This document shows, piece by piece, positions 63,604 to 64,000 of a DNA stretch of 64,000 bases. Both the position numbers and the translations under genes were made by a program. The stretch is from Octopus sinensis. Lineage: Eukaryota. The stretch is from the NCBI RefSeq assembly GCF_006345805.1, contig NC_042998.1, positions 184,326,001 to 184,390,000 of the forward strand, read 5' to 3'. The notes below the pieces were generated by a model that saw nothing but the letters and a program-made list of their open reading frames with translations, was not told the DNA's origin and made no database searches. Position 1 is the first letter of the stretch; each line of letters starts with the position of its first letter.

Positions 63604-64000
63604 AAGACCTGTTGGGGCAAGTGAAATCGGAATCAAAATTGAACCAGCAGTTGCCAGTGCCGCTGGACTGACTCCTGTGCAGGTGGCAAGTAAAGAAACA
63701 CCGTTTCGACCCTGTGCTTGAGGAGACCTATTGAGTTAAGTACATCAACATCAGAAATCAATGGAAAAAGCACCATCCGAACATGGACGATGCCAGCGCC
63801 GCCTTTGACTGGTTTCCATGCCAGTGGCACATAAAAAGCACCAACCCGATCGTGGCTGTTGCCAGCCTCGCCTGACACCTGTGCTGGTGGCACGTAAAAA
63901 GCACCCACTACACTCACGGAGTGGTTGGCGTTAGGAAAGGCATCCAGCTGTAGAAATGCTGCCAGATCAGATTGGAGCCTGGTGCAGCCTTCTGGCTTCC
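63604..64000 (+). mobile_element. RTE 3'UTR/tail copy (runs off the window)
   Basis: Repeat units plus shared tail. Confidence 0.9.

Overview
AT-rich, repeat-dense eukaryotic genomic DNA. The SINE/RTE families and the [14 protein letters not shown] zinc-finger array point to a coleoid cephalopod, probably Octopus (inference). There are three host loci, all on the + strand. (1) A 5'-truncated PATL1/Pat1 mRNA-decapping activator gene with 17 coding exons at 1-31052, hand-spliced in frame to about 730 codons, followed by about 13 kb lacking young transposons (possible very long 3'UTR). (2) An intronless PNO1/Dim2 gene at 53844-54572. (3) A C2H2 zinc-finger gene at 57432-58079 with 7 intact fingers and a decaying finger array behind it. 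The rest is RTE LINEs and their 3' tails, tRNA-derived SINEs, a DD37D Tc1/mariner element, MITEs, and Helitron, CR1 and Penelope-like remnants. The most unusual features are a Naiad-type Penelope-like element with an inverted 5' part, a GIY-YIG nuclease split by a long Thr/Pro/Ala-rich insert and a 3' hammerhead-like motif; three further hammerhead-ribozyme candidate loci; and an 18S rRNA fragment abutting a Helitron remnant. All calls were made by eye. No database searches or folding calculations were run, and repeat boundaries are approximate.
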